A stretch of DNA of 64,000 nt from Alphaproteobacteria bacterium (GCA_963422645.2 CAXXVO010000007.1:480001-544000); one strand, 5' to 3'. Positions 40,652-49,402 are shown, counted from the first letter of the stretch. A program made the numbers and translations. The notes: generated from the sequence alone by a model not told the origin.

Positions 40652-42540
40652 GTAACTGCCCAGGTTCTTGCTGTGAAAATTCTCTGGGATTCGGCACAAC
40701 GCTACCCACGCGACGCCCGTGTGCTCCTCTGGGGTCGCCGGGTTTCACAGCTCACGATGCCCCTCTTGCGGACTGCGACCGGTAAGCTACCCCGATGTGG
40801 CCCGAAGTCCGCCCGCGCGACGGGCACCGATTTTCATTCTATGGGGTGGTCCAGCACGGCGTCGACCATGATCGTTTATGAGAATGGCTCCGCTGTTGGA
40901 GAACCCGTGCCAGGTGAGCTTACGCGCACTTGACGGTGGCGATGAGCCGATCCGATGGGCTGGTCAGGGCTTCGATGATATTCCAGCCCTGCTTTCTGGC
41001 GGTGGTGATGACGCTGCGCAGGATGGCGAAGTTCTCGGCCCCCTGCGCGGACCGGAAGCCCCCGGAGATCTTCTGGCGCAGCTTCATCATCCGAAGGTCG
41101 CGCTCGGCCTCGTTGTTCGTGAACCCGACCTCGAGGTCGATCAGGAACCGGAGCACCGCGCATTTGTGGTCGCGCAGCCTCAAGGCCAGATTGTGACCGA
41201 TCCTTCGCTTCCGGCGCTTCTTCCTCTTGCCAGGCGAGAACGGTGGTTGGCTCTCGTGAAAGGCCAGCGCATCGGCGATGATCTCGTCGTATCGGCGCTC
41301 GATCAGCGCCACAAGCCTCGCCGGAACGGCGATATCCTTGTCCAGCGCGATGCGGGCGGCGCGATTGGCTCGGCGCAGGAGCTGCTGCATCCGCCGGGCC
41401 CAAGCCTCCCCTTCGATGTCCACCAGCGCCTGCAACTCCCGCAGGTGATGGGCGTTGCACAGGCCGTGCTCCACCCCTTCCATCGCGAAGTACGGCTTCC
41501 AGTGATCGTGCACGACGATGCCGGAGACACCCGAGAGCAGGGCGCCGCGCTTGCCGCTGACCCGGTACGCCGCCAGCAGCGGCGTGCAGATCACATGAAG
41601 CCACTGCGTCTGACCGCCGATCCGCAAGCCGGTCTCGTCCATGTGTTTCACCCGCGCCGTGCCCGCCGCCAGGTCCTGTATGTGCAAGGCCGCGTCCCGC
41701 AAGCCGCTCGGCCGCCCTCTCGCTCATCGTCGCCAACGTCGCAGCCGTCACCGGCGCGCCGAAGAGCTCGGCCATCACCTGCGACAGCCGATCCTCCGGC
41801 AGGAAGTGAGCGTGCTGAAGGTAGACCGCCACCCCGGCAATGCGCGGGCCGTACTGCACCGGCGCCGACACCCCGTCGGGGAACGCCGCCCGGGTCACCG
41901 TCCCGCAATGCCCGCAGCACTTGGCATGCGCCCGGTGCTCGGTCACCTCCAGGGGGCTCGGCTCGGGCAGATCGAACACCTGGCGGGCGACGGGCGTTCC
42001 CGCCCTGGCCGCGTCCGAAAGCGGCGAACCGCATCCCTTGCAGGAAGCCGGGACGTGATCCTTCACCCGATCCGGGTGATCGGCGCGGCGCAGCGTCTTG
42101 CCCTTGTGGCCGGGCTGGCCACCGGGCTTGCGGCCCGATTTGCCGCGCAGGCTTCGGGTTCGCCGCTTCGAATTCGGCTTCCTCAGCCCATCGCTCGAAG
42201 GCGGCTTGCCGCTGTTGCCGCTGTTGAGGCCGAGACGGCGCTCCAACTCCTCGATGCGCTCGACGAGACGCGCGACTTGCTCTTCCAGCCGCGCGTTCTG
42301 CTGCCGAAGCCAGGCATTTTCCTCCCGAAGCCGGGCGTTCTCCTCCTCCAGGCGGGCGATCTTCTGCGCGGGCGTTTCGGGCGCTGCTCCCGTCGAAGGG
42401 CCGCGCGGCGACTCGGGATTGCTCATGTCGTTGTTGAGTCATTTCCCGAAATTCCCGTCAAGCCCTTTCCACCAACTCCGAACGAGAAACGCCTCAATCC
42501 ACTGGCCCAAAATGACAAATCAGACGACCTGGGCAGTTAC
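40652..42540 (-). mobile_element. IS66-family element, copy 2 of the tandem dimer
   Basis: Same ends as copy 1; separated from it by CATTTAAG (40644-40651); right flank GGATTTTT (42541-42548). Confidence 0.92.
40920..42426 (-). pseudogene. IS66-family transposase, frameshifted
   Basis: One extra A at 41701-41702 (CCGCAAGCCG versus CCGCAGCCG in copy 1) splits the ORF; could be a sequencing error. Confidence 0.85.
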
Positions 42541-42749
42541 GGATTTTTTAGAACGTATAGGACAGAATTTATTTCGGGGAGACAGTTGCATTGGGGTGTC
42601 AGATGAGTGCGTGTGAGAGTATGGCCGACGTGGGTTATGGTATCCAATGGATAGGTGCCATTTGATATATATTTGGGAATTCTTACGATTTCGGTCGAAT
42701 TTGAGGGTAATCTATACGGTATTGGGACGACGGACGACGGGGCACGGAC

Positions 42750-43070
42750 ATGGCGGGTCCGGGGGGCGAGAAGCGGAAGCGGCGCTGCGTGATGGCGACC
42801 GATGCGGAGTGGTCGCGGATGCGCGGGAAGGCGCAGGAGGAAGGGACGTCGTGCTCGGAATTCATCGTGCGGCGCTGCCTGGCCGACGGGACGCCCGCCG
42901 CGCAGGCGCCCGCCTTGCAGGTGCCTGAGCTGCGCCACATTGCGCGCTCGGTGCTGGCGCTGGGGGATATGGAGCGGCTGCGGTCGATCGGGGAGGGCTC
43001 CGAGGGGGACTGGAACGCGGCGCTCGAGCGGGCCGATCGCTGGCTTGACGGAGAGACCTCTCTGGGGTGA
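42750..43070 (+). CDS. Putative ribbon-helix-helix (MobC/NikA-like) protein 1
   Basis: KRRCVMATDAEWSRMRGKAQEEGTSCSEFIVRRCL fits a strand-helix-G-S-S-helix pattern. Confidence 0.6.
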   Translation: MAGPGGEKRKRRCVMATDAEWSRMRGKAQEEGTSCSEFIVRRCLADGTPAAQAPALQVPELRHIARSVLALGDMERLRSIGEGSEGDWNAALERADRWLDGETSLG

Positions 43071-43083
43071 TCGGTAGGGCGCG

Positions 43084-43413
43084 GTGAGACTCGCGAAGCA
43101 GCGCGGCATCCACTGCACGCCGGAGAAGTGGGAGCGGATCCGGCGGCGCGCCCGGAAGAACAACGAGACGATCTCGCGCTTCGGCGAGCTCTGCTGCCGG
43201 CGCGCGGCGGAAGCGTTGGGCGCGCCACCGTCAGTGCCGCCGGGCCATCCGCTGGCGCTGCCCGAGGACGACCAGCGGCGCCTGCTGGCGCACAGTCTTG
43301 CGGTGCAGCGCAGGACACGTGTTTCGATCCGGGCGCCGGGGGGAGAGCGCGTCGACCTGCCGCTCGACGCGGTGATCCGCTTCCTGCTGCTGTGCGAGGA
43401 GGAGGGCAATTGA
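43084..43413 (+). CDS. Putative ribbon-helix-helix protein 2
   Basis: KQRGIHCTPEKWERIRRRARKNNETISRFGELCC. Confidence 0.55.
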   Translation: MRLAKQRGIHCTPEKWERIRRRARKNNETISRFGELCCRRAAEALGAPPSVPPGHPLALPEDDQRRLLAHSLAVQRRTRVSIRAPGGERVDLPLDAVIRFLLLCEEEGN

Positions 43414-43862
43414 GCAAGCCGAGAAAGAAGCCGCCCGCGCGCAAGGAGTCGCGCGGGAGGACGTACACGATCTCGTGCACCGACGAGCAGTGGGCGGCGA
43501 TTCAGGACGGAGCGGAGCGGGCCGGCAAGAATGTCTCGACGTGGTTCGTCGAGTGCGCGCTGACCGTGGACCCATGGCCCAGGAAGCACCGCCGGCTGGT
43601 GCTGAACGAGAGGGAGCAGCGCCGCCACGCGCGGGCGGTGGCGGTGAGCGCCCGGAACCTCGGCGCGGACGAGGCGGACGGAGCCGGCGATGTTGGGGCC
43701 GAACTCAGGGCGCTCATGGCCGCGCGGCTGCGCGGGATGGACCGGCGCGGCCGGCGCGAGAACGCGCTGGCGCTGCTGCGCCGGGCGTTCGGCGACGATG
43801 CGGCGCAAACCGTCACCGCGGCGTTCATACCGGACGCGCTGTTGAGCGGCGTGGAAAAGTGA
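43410..43862 (+). CDS. Putative ribbon-helix-helix protein 3, 3' end replaced by the IS21 left end
   Basis: TTG start overlapping the previous TGA, after GGAGGAGG; RTYTISCTDEQWAAIQDGAERAGKNVSTWFVECAL; last residues LSGVEK* are IS21-derived. Confidence 0.6.
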   Translation: MSKPRKKPPARKESRGRTYTISCTDEQWAAIQDGAERAGKNVSTWFVECALTVDPWPRKHRRLVLNEREQRRHARAVAVSARNLGADEADGAGDVGAELRALMAARLRGMDRRGRRENALALLRRAFGDDAAQTVTAAFIPDALLSGVEK

Positions 43863-44025
43863 CCCCCTATTGGAGATGCCGTAATGGGGCTTGGCGCCGG
43901 CGTGCAGCGTCTCGGCCTGTCGCGATGACGGCGAATCGGTTGTCGTTGCCCTTACACGCGTAGCGTGTTCACGGGGTCTTGCCGCAAGGCGCGCCCCAAT
44001 TCCTCTGGAGGAAAGGGCAACGACA

Positions 44026-45066
44026 ATGGACGTCTGTATCGGGCTGGATGTATCGCTGGCAAGCACGGCGGTTTGCGTTCTCGACGAGAAGGGCAAGATC
44101 GCGACCGAGGCGCAGGTCGCCAGCACGCCTGAAGCGCTGGTTGGGTTCCTGCACAAGCTGCCGCACGAGATCACCGCGATCGGTCTCGAGGCCGGTCCCT
44201 TGTCCCACTGGTTGCACAAGGGAATGACCGACGCCGGCTTCGAGGCCGTGTTGATGGAGACCCGGCAGGTAAAGGGTGCGCTGAAGGCCATGCCGATCAA
44301 GACCGATCGCCGGGACGCCGAGGGCATCGCACGGCTGTTGCTGATGGGGTGGTTTCGGCCGGTGCACTGCAAGTCGGTGTCATCGCAAGAGATGCGAGCC
44401 CTCCTGACCTCGCGCAAGTCCGTGCTGGACGCGATCATCCGCCTGGAGGTCTCGCTGCGCGGCGTCCTGCGTAACTTTGGCCTGAAGCTGGGCCTGATCT
44501 CGAAGGGCCGCTATGAGGCCCGAGTGCGGGAGTTGGTCGCCGGCAACGCGATGCTGGAAGCGGCAGCCGAACCGATCCTGGGCGCGCGGGCGGCCCTGCG
44601 CCGCGAGTTCGCCGAGCTGGAGAAGCTGGTCCGCACTCTGGCAAGGCAAGACAGGGCATGCCGCCTGTTGATGACCATGCCGGGCGTGGGGCATGTCATA
44701 GCCCTGACCTTCAAGTCCGCGATCGACGACCCGGAGCGGTTCCGAAGATCGAAGGATGTCGGCCCCTGGGTAGGGCTGACGCCGGCGCGGGAGCAGTCCG
44801 GGGAGAGGGATATTGTCGGCCGGATCACCAAGGCCGGCGATGCCGGTCTGCGCGCGGCTCTTTACCAAGCCGCAACGGTGATGCTGAACCGCACAGGGCC
44901 GAACTGGCTGAAGGCTTGGGCGCTACGTTTGGCGAAGCACAGGGGCAAGAAGCGCGCGACCGTTGCCTTGGCCCGGCGCATCGGTGTTGTGCTTCACCGA
45001 ATGTGGCGGGATGGAACCGAGTTCCGCTTTACGCGCGAGGAAGCGATGGCGCTTCGGACGGCATAG
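44026..45066 (+). CDS. IS110-family DEDD recombinase/transposase
   Basis: GLDVS, GLEAG, KTDRRDA (DEDD); MPGVG; GLTPAREQSG with the catalytic serine; ALARR. Confidence 0.95.
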   Translation: MDVCIGLDVSLASTAVCVLDEKGKIATEAQVASTPEALVGFLHKLPHEITAIGLEAGPLSHWLHKGMTDAGFEAVLMETRQVKGALKAMPIKTDRRDAEGIARLLLMGWFRPVHCKSVSSQEMRALLTSRKSVLDAIIRLEVSLRGVLRNFGLKLGLISKGRYEARVRELVAGNAMLEAAAEPILGARAALRREFAELEKLVRTLARQDRACRLLMTMPGVGHVIALTFKSAIDDPERFRRSKDVGPWVGLTPAREQSGERDIVGRITKAGDAGLRAALYQAATVMLNRTGPNWLKAWALRLAKHRGKKRATVALARRIGVVLHRMWRDGTEFRFTREEAMALRTA

Positions 45067-45480
45067 GCGCGGCTGCATCCCATCGGCAGTCAGCGAGGAG
45101 AGGAGGAAAGAGCCGCGCCTGAAGGTGGGCGAGCCACCAACGTCCCCTCGCCGGGACGCGGTCCCCGATGATGCACGTGGGCCCACTTGTTTGCCGAACC
45201 GGCCTGTCGTGTTCGAGCACGCTGTGGAGATAGGCACTCGGGAACCGATTTGGACTGGGCATGATGTTGGCAGCCGATGCGCTGACCACGGACAGAAGCG
45301 AGAACCCGGCGAAGGACACAAGACGTTGAGCAAGCGCGAGATCGATACGGTCGGCCCCATTGCACCTGACACCGGCAACCTCCTCCGCGCCTCACCCGGC
45401 GCCTCATAGCCAGGCCGAAGGAGCCCCTACACCACGCCAGGAAAACAACTGATTGGCGCGACAATGATCTATTGAAAATC
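45067..45480 (+). ncRNA. Putative bridge/seek RNA region of IS110 copy 1
   Basis: Target guides GGGCCCACT (45179-45187) and TGGAG (45225-45229); donor guides GGCAT (45258-45262) and ACAGAAG (45292-45298); each pair lies in an internal loop. Transcript limits unknown. Confidence 0.8.
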
Positions 45481-45534
45481 GAGCTTGACGGGAAACGCCC
45501 CATTACAGAAGTGGGCCCCTGGGGTCGGACAGTT

Positions 45535-46329
45535 TCATGCGGCGGTTTTGACCGGGGTGCGGGGTTGTTTCTCCTCGAAGCGGTTGGGGCTCAGGTATCC
45601 GAGGGCGGAGTGTAGGCGTCTCTCGTTGTAGCTGTCGATGAAGCGGGGCAGGTGCTCCGCCACGTCTTCCGCGCTCTCGAGGGCCATGGGATAGACGCCC
45701 TCGACCTTCAGGGTCTTCATGAAGCTTTCCATCATGGCGTTGTCGTAGGGGTTGCCGCGCCGGCCCATCGAGCCGACCAGGCCGTGTTCGTCGAGCAGGG
45801 CCCGGTAGGCCTGGGCGGCGTATTGCGAGCCCCTGTCGGAGTGGTGGATGCAGCCGGGTGGCGGGTTGCGGCCCTCGATCGCCGTCGCCAGCGCCGCAAG
45901 GGTTAGCCGGGCATCGATCCGCCGGCCGAGGGCGTAGCCCACGATGCGCCGCGACCACGCATCCATGATCGCCGCCAGATAGACGAAGCCGCCCAGGATC
46001 GCGATGTAGGTCAGATCGGCGACCCAGAGCTGGTTCGGACCATCGACATCGCGCTCCCTGGAGCGGTCCGGGAAGACGGGCTCGTCGTGGTCGCTGTCGG
46101 TGGTGGCGACGAAGCGGCGCCGGCAGGGCGGATGCAGCGCGTGCTCGCGCATCAGGCGCTTGATCTTCTTGTGGTTCACCACCCAGCCGCGATGCCTCAG
46201 CGCCGCCTGCATGCGCCGCCAGCCGTAGGCTTCGAACTCATCCTTGATCGCGTGCATGGCCTCCACCAGCGCGGTGTCGTCTGCCGAGCCCTTGGGCTTG
46301 TCGTAGTAAGTAGAATGCGCGATCCCCAT
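45535..46329 (-). CDS. IS3-family transposase OrfB (DDE integrase core)
   Basis: YGWRRM, WVADLTY, HHSDRGSQY, YDNAMMESF, YNERRLHSALGY. Confidence 0.93.
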   Translation of the reverse strand: MGIAHSTYYDKPKGSADDTALVEAMHAIKDEFEAYGWRRMQAALRHRGWVVNHKKIKRLMREHALHPPCRRRFVATTDSDHDEPVFPDRSRERDVDGPNQLWVADLTYIAILGGFVYLAAIMDAWSRRIVGYALGRRIDARLTLAALATAIEGRNPPPGCIHHSDRGSQYAAQAYRALLDEHGLVGSMGRRGNPYDNAMMESFMKTLKVEGVYPMALESAEDVAEHLPRFIDSYNERRLHSALGYLSPNRFEEKQPRTPVKTAA

Positions 46330-46688
46330 CAGTCGGCATCCTTCGGCGACGGAGAGGCCTTGGGGCCGGTGATGACGGACATGGGCGCGTTTCTCGGCCG
46401 GCGTCCTTGCCGCTGAGCCCCCTTTAGAAACTCGAGCTCCAGGGCCTGCTTGCCGACCAGGCGCTCGAGCGCCGCGATCCGGGCCTCGTATTCCTGGATC
46501 GTGTCGGCCGCCTCGGCGTCCTCGTCGAAGGCGCCGGCCTCGTACTTGTCCACCCAGATCCGGATCAGGGTGCGGGAGAGCTCGTGCCGACGGGCCAGGC
46601 CGTGCAGCGTCTCGCCGGCGAGATACTCCTGAACGACCTGGCGCTTGAACGCGATGCCGTGGGTGCGGTGGGTTCGGTGCTTTGCCAT
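46329..46688 (-). CDS. IS3-family OrfA (HTH plus leucine zipper)
   Basis: FKRQVVQEY..LARRHELSRTLIRIW; LERLVGKQALELEFLKGA; candidate -1 slippery site AAAGGGG near 46419-46425. Confidence 0.9.
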   Translation of the reverse strand: MAKHRTHRTHGIAFKRQVVQEYLAGETLHGLARRHELSRTLIRIWVDKYEAGAFDEDAEAADTIQEYEARIAALERLVGKQALELEFLKGAQRQGRRPRNAPMSVITGPKASPSPKDAD

Positions 46689-46792
46689 GGGCGTCGATCC
46701 TTCGAATGCCCGGTGCACCGGTCAAATAAATTCAAGCCACCTGTCCGGCCCCAGGGGCCCACTTCTGTAATGGGGCGTTTCCCGTCAAGCTC

Positions 46793-47206
46793 GATTTTCA
46801 ATAGATCATTGTCGCGCCAATCAGTTGTTTTCCTGGCGTGGTGTAGGGGCTCCTTCGGCCTGGCTATGAGGCGCCGGGTGAGGCGCGGAGGAGGTTGCCG
46901 GTGTCAGGTGCAATGGGGCCGACCGTATCGATCTCGCGCTTGCTCAACGTCTTGTGTCCTTCGCCGGGTTCTCGCTTCTGTCCGTGGTCAGCGCATCGGC
47001 TGCCAACATCATGCCCAGTCCAAATCGGTTCCCGAGTGCCTATCTCCACAGCGTGCTCGAACACGACAGGCCGGTTCGGCAAACAAGTGGGCCCACGTGC
47101 ATCATCGGGGACCGCGTCCCGGCGAGGGGACGTTGGTGGCTCGCCCACCTTCAGGCGCGGCTCTTTCCTCCTCTCCTCGCTGACTGCCGATGGGATGCAG
47201 CCGCGC
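46793..47206 (-). ncRNA. Putative bridge/seek RNA region of IS110 copy 2
   Basis: Mirror of copy 1; target guide at 47086-47094. Confidence 0.8.
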
Positions 47207-48247
47207 CTATGCCGTCCGAAGCGCCATCGCTTCCTCGCGCGTAAAGCGGAACTCGGTTCCATCCCGCCACATTCGGTGAAGCACAACACCGATGCGCCGG
47301 GCCAAGGCAACGGTCGCGCGCTTCTTGCCCCTGTGCTTCGCCAAACGTAGCGCCCAAGCCTTCAGCCAGTTCGGCCCTGTGCGGTTCAGCATCACCGTTG
47401 CGGCTTGGTAAAGAGCCGCGCGCAGACCGGCATCGCCGGCCTTGGTGATCCGGCCGACAATATCCCTCTCCCCGGACTGCTCCCGCGCCGGCGTCAGCCC
47501 TACCCAGGGGCCGACATCCTTCGATCTTCGGAACCGCTCCGGGTCGTCGATCGCGGACTTGAAGGTCAGGGCTATGACATGCCCCACGCCCGGCATGGTC
47601 ATCAACAGGCGGCATGCCCTGTCTTGCCTTGCCAGAGTGCGGACCAGCTTCTCCAGCTCGGCGAACTCGCGGCGCAGGGCCGCCCGCGCGCCCAGGATCG
47701 GTTCGGCTGCCGCTTCCAGCATCGCGTTGCCGGCGACCAACTCCCGCACTCGGGCCTCATAGCGGCCCTTCGAGATCAGGCCCAGCTTCAGGCCAAAGTT
47801 ACGCAGGACGCCGCGCAGCGAGACCTCCAGGCGGATGATCGCGTCCAGCACGGACTTGCGCGAGGTCAGGAGGGCTCGCATCTCTTGCGATGACACCGAC
47901 TTGCAGTGCACCGGCCGAAACCACCCCATCAGCAACAGCCGTGCGATGCCCTCGGCGTCCCGGCGATCGGTCTTGATCGGCATGGCCTTCAGCGCACCCT
48001 TTACCTGCCGGGTCTCCATCAACACGGCCTCGAAGCCGGCGTCGGTCATTCCCTTGTGCAACCAGTGGGACAAGGGACCGGCCTCGAGACCGATCGCGGT
48101 GATCTCGTGCGGCAGCTTGTGCAGGAACCCAACCAGCGCTTCAGGCGTGCTGGCGACCTGCGCCTCGGTCGCGATCTTGCCCTTCTCGTCGAGAACGCAA
48201 ACCGCCGTGCTTGCCAGCGATACATCCAGCCCGATACAGACGTCCAT
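47207..48247 (-). CDS. IS110-family DEDD recombinase/transposase
   Basis: Protein identical to 44026-45066. Confidence 0.95.
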   Translation of the reverse strand: MDVCIGLDVSLASTAVCVLDEKGKIATEAQVASTPEALVGFLHKLPHEITAIGLEAGPLSHWLHKGMTDAGFEAVLMETRQVKGALKAMPIKTDRRDAEGIARLLLMGWFRPVHCKSVSSQEMRALLTSRKSVLDAIIRLEVSLRGVLRNFGLKLGLISKGRYEARVRELVAGNAMLEAAAEPILGARAALRREFAELEKLVRTLARQDRACRLLMTMPGVGHVIALTFKSAIDDPERFRRSKDVGPWVGLTPAREQSGERDIVGRITKAGDAGLRAALYQAATVMLNRTGPNWLKAWALRLAKHRGKKRATVALARRIGVVLHRMWRDGTEFRFTREEAMALRTA

Positions 48248-48493
48248 TGTCGTTGCCCTTTCCTCCAGAGGAATTGGGGCGCGCCTTGCGGCAAGACCCC
48301 GTGAACACGCTACGCGTGTAAGGGCAACGACAACCGATTCGCCGTCATCGCGACAGGCCGAGACGCTGCACGCCGGCGCCAAGCCCCATTACGGCATCTC
48401 CATATTGGGGGTGATCGGCGTCCAAAATTGCCCCCCCCTGGATTTGTGTCCATGAACACACCTCGTCGTTTGGACGGACGAGGTGGGGGGGAG

Positions 48494-49402
48494 ATGCTGG
48501 TTGTGGAAACGATCGCGAAGATCCGTCGGGATCGTCTGGTGAAGGGCGTTCCGATCAAGAAGCTCGCCCGGGATTTGAGGGTTTCCAAGAACACGATACG
48601 CAAGGTGGTTCGGGGCGATGCGACCTCGCACAGCTACGCGCGCAAGATCCAGCCGATGCCGAAGCTTGGGCCGTGGGTCGACGAGCTCGAGCGCCAGCTG
48701 GAGGCCAACGAGAAGAAGAAGCGCCGGGATCGCCTGTCCCTGCTGCAGATCCATGAGGACCTTGGCGAGCTGGGCTACAAGGGCGGCTATGATGCGGTCC
48801 GGCGCTACGCCAAGGCGTGGCGGCGCCGGCGCCGTCTGTTATCGCCGTCGCAGGCCTATGTGCCGCTGATCTTCGACCCTGGCGAGGCCTACCAGTTCGA
48901 CTGGAGCCATGAGTACGCGCGTCTGGCGGGTGCGACGACCAAGGTGAAGGCGGCGCACATGCGGCTCTGCCACAGCCGGATGTATCTGGTCCAGATCTTT
49001 CCCCGCGAGAGCCAGGAGATGGTGTTCGAGGCACATGAACGTGCCTTCCGCCTCTTCGGCGGGGTCTGCCGGCGGGGCATCTACGACAACATGAAGACGG
49101 CGGTGAACACGATCTTCGTCGGCAAGAAGCGGGACTACAACCGCCGCTTCCAGGAGATGTGTTCGCACCATCTGATCGAGCCTGTGGCGTGCACGCCAGG
49201 GGCGAGCTGGGAGAAGGGGCAGGTTGAGAAGCAGGTGGGAGACCTTCGTGGGCGTCTGTTCGCGCGCAGCCCGCGGGGCCGCTCCTACGCCGAGATCAAC
49301 GAGTGGCTGATGGATCGGTGCATAGAGGAGGCCAAGAAGCAGCCGCATCCGACGATCCCGGGCAAAACGGCGCGAAGATGGAAACAAAAAGGAGTGGAGT
49401 GA
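48494..49402 (+). pseudogene. istA: IS21-family transposase IstA, C-terminally truncated
   Basis: MLVVETIAKIRR HTH, PGEAYQFDWS, IYDNMKTAV, WEKGQVE; the sequence turns non-IstA-like after HPTIPGKT (about 49370). Confidence 0.85.

Larger units (their letters stand above)
43876..45511 (+). mobile_element. IS110-family, IS1111-group element, copy 1 (1636 bp)
   Basis: Sub-terminal IRs GTAATGGGGC / GCCCCATTAC, AG core at both junctions, no longer duplication, long 3' non-coding end. Confidence 0.93.
46762..48397 (-). mobile_element. IS110-family, IS1111-group element, copy 2 (inverted)
   Basis: Reverse complement of 43876-45511; same length and identical translations. Confidence 0.93.
43871..48402 (-). 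mobile_element. IS3-family element (1260 bp native) with both TIRs interrupted by IS110
   Basis: Reconstructed TIRs TGGAG|TGGGCCCCTGGGGTCGGACA and TGGAG|TGGGCCCCTGGGGCCGGACA; TG...CA termini; 3-bp duplication TAT (43868-43870, 48403-48405). Confidence 0.92.
43840..49370 (+). mobile_element. IS21-family remnant (left end plus partial istA), interrupted by IS3
   Basis: Removing 43871-48405 restores TGTTGAGCGGCGTGGAAAAGTGACCCCCTATTGGGGGTGATCGGCGTCCAAAATTGCCCC with two repeated binding sites ahead of istA; istB and the right end are absent. Confidence 0.82.

Noticed and set aside
41690-41710. Programmed frameshift in IS66 copy 2
   Set aside because: No slippery heptamer, and the sister copy is uninterrupted; a simple +1 mutation or sequencing error.
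43876-48397. Composite transposon of two IS110 copies carrying IS3 as cargo
   Set aside because: The outer TGGAG/CTCCA and the TAT duplication belong to IS3, so each IS110 inserted separately into a TIR.
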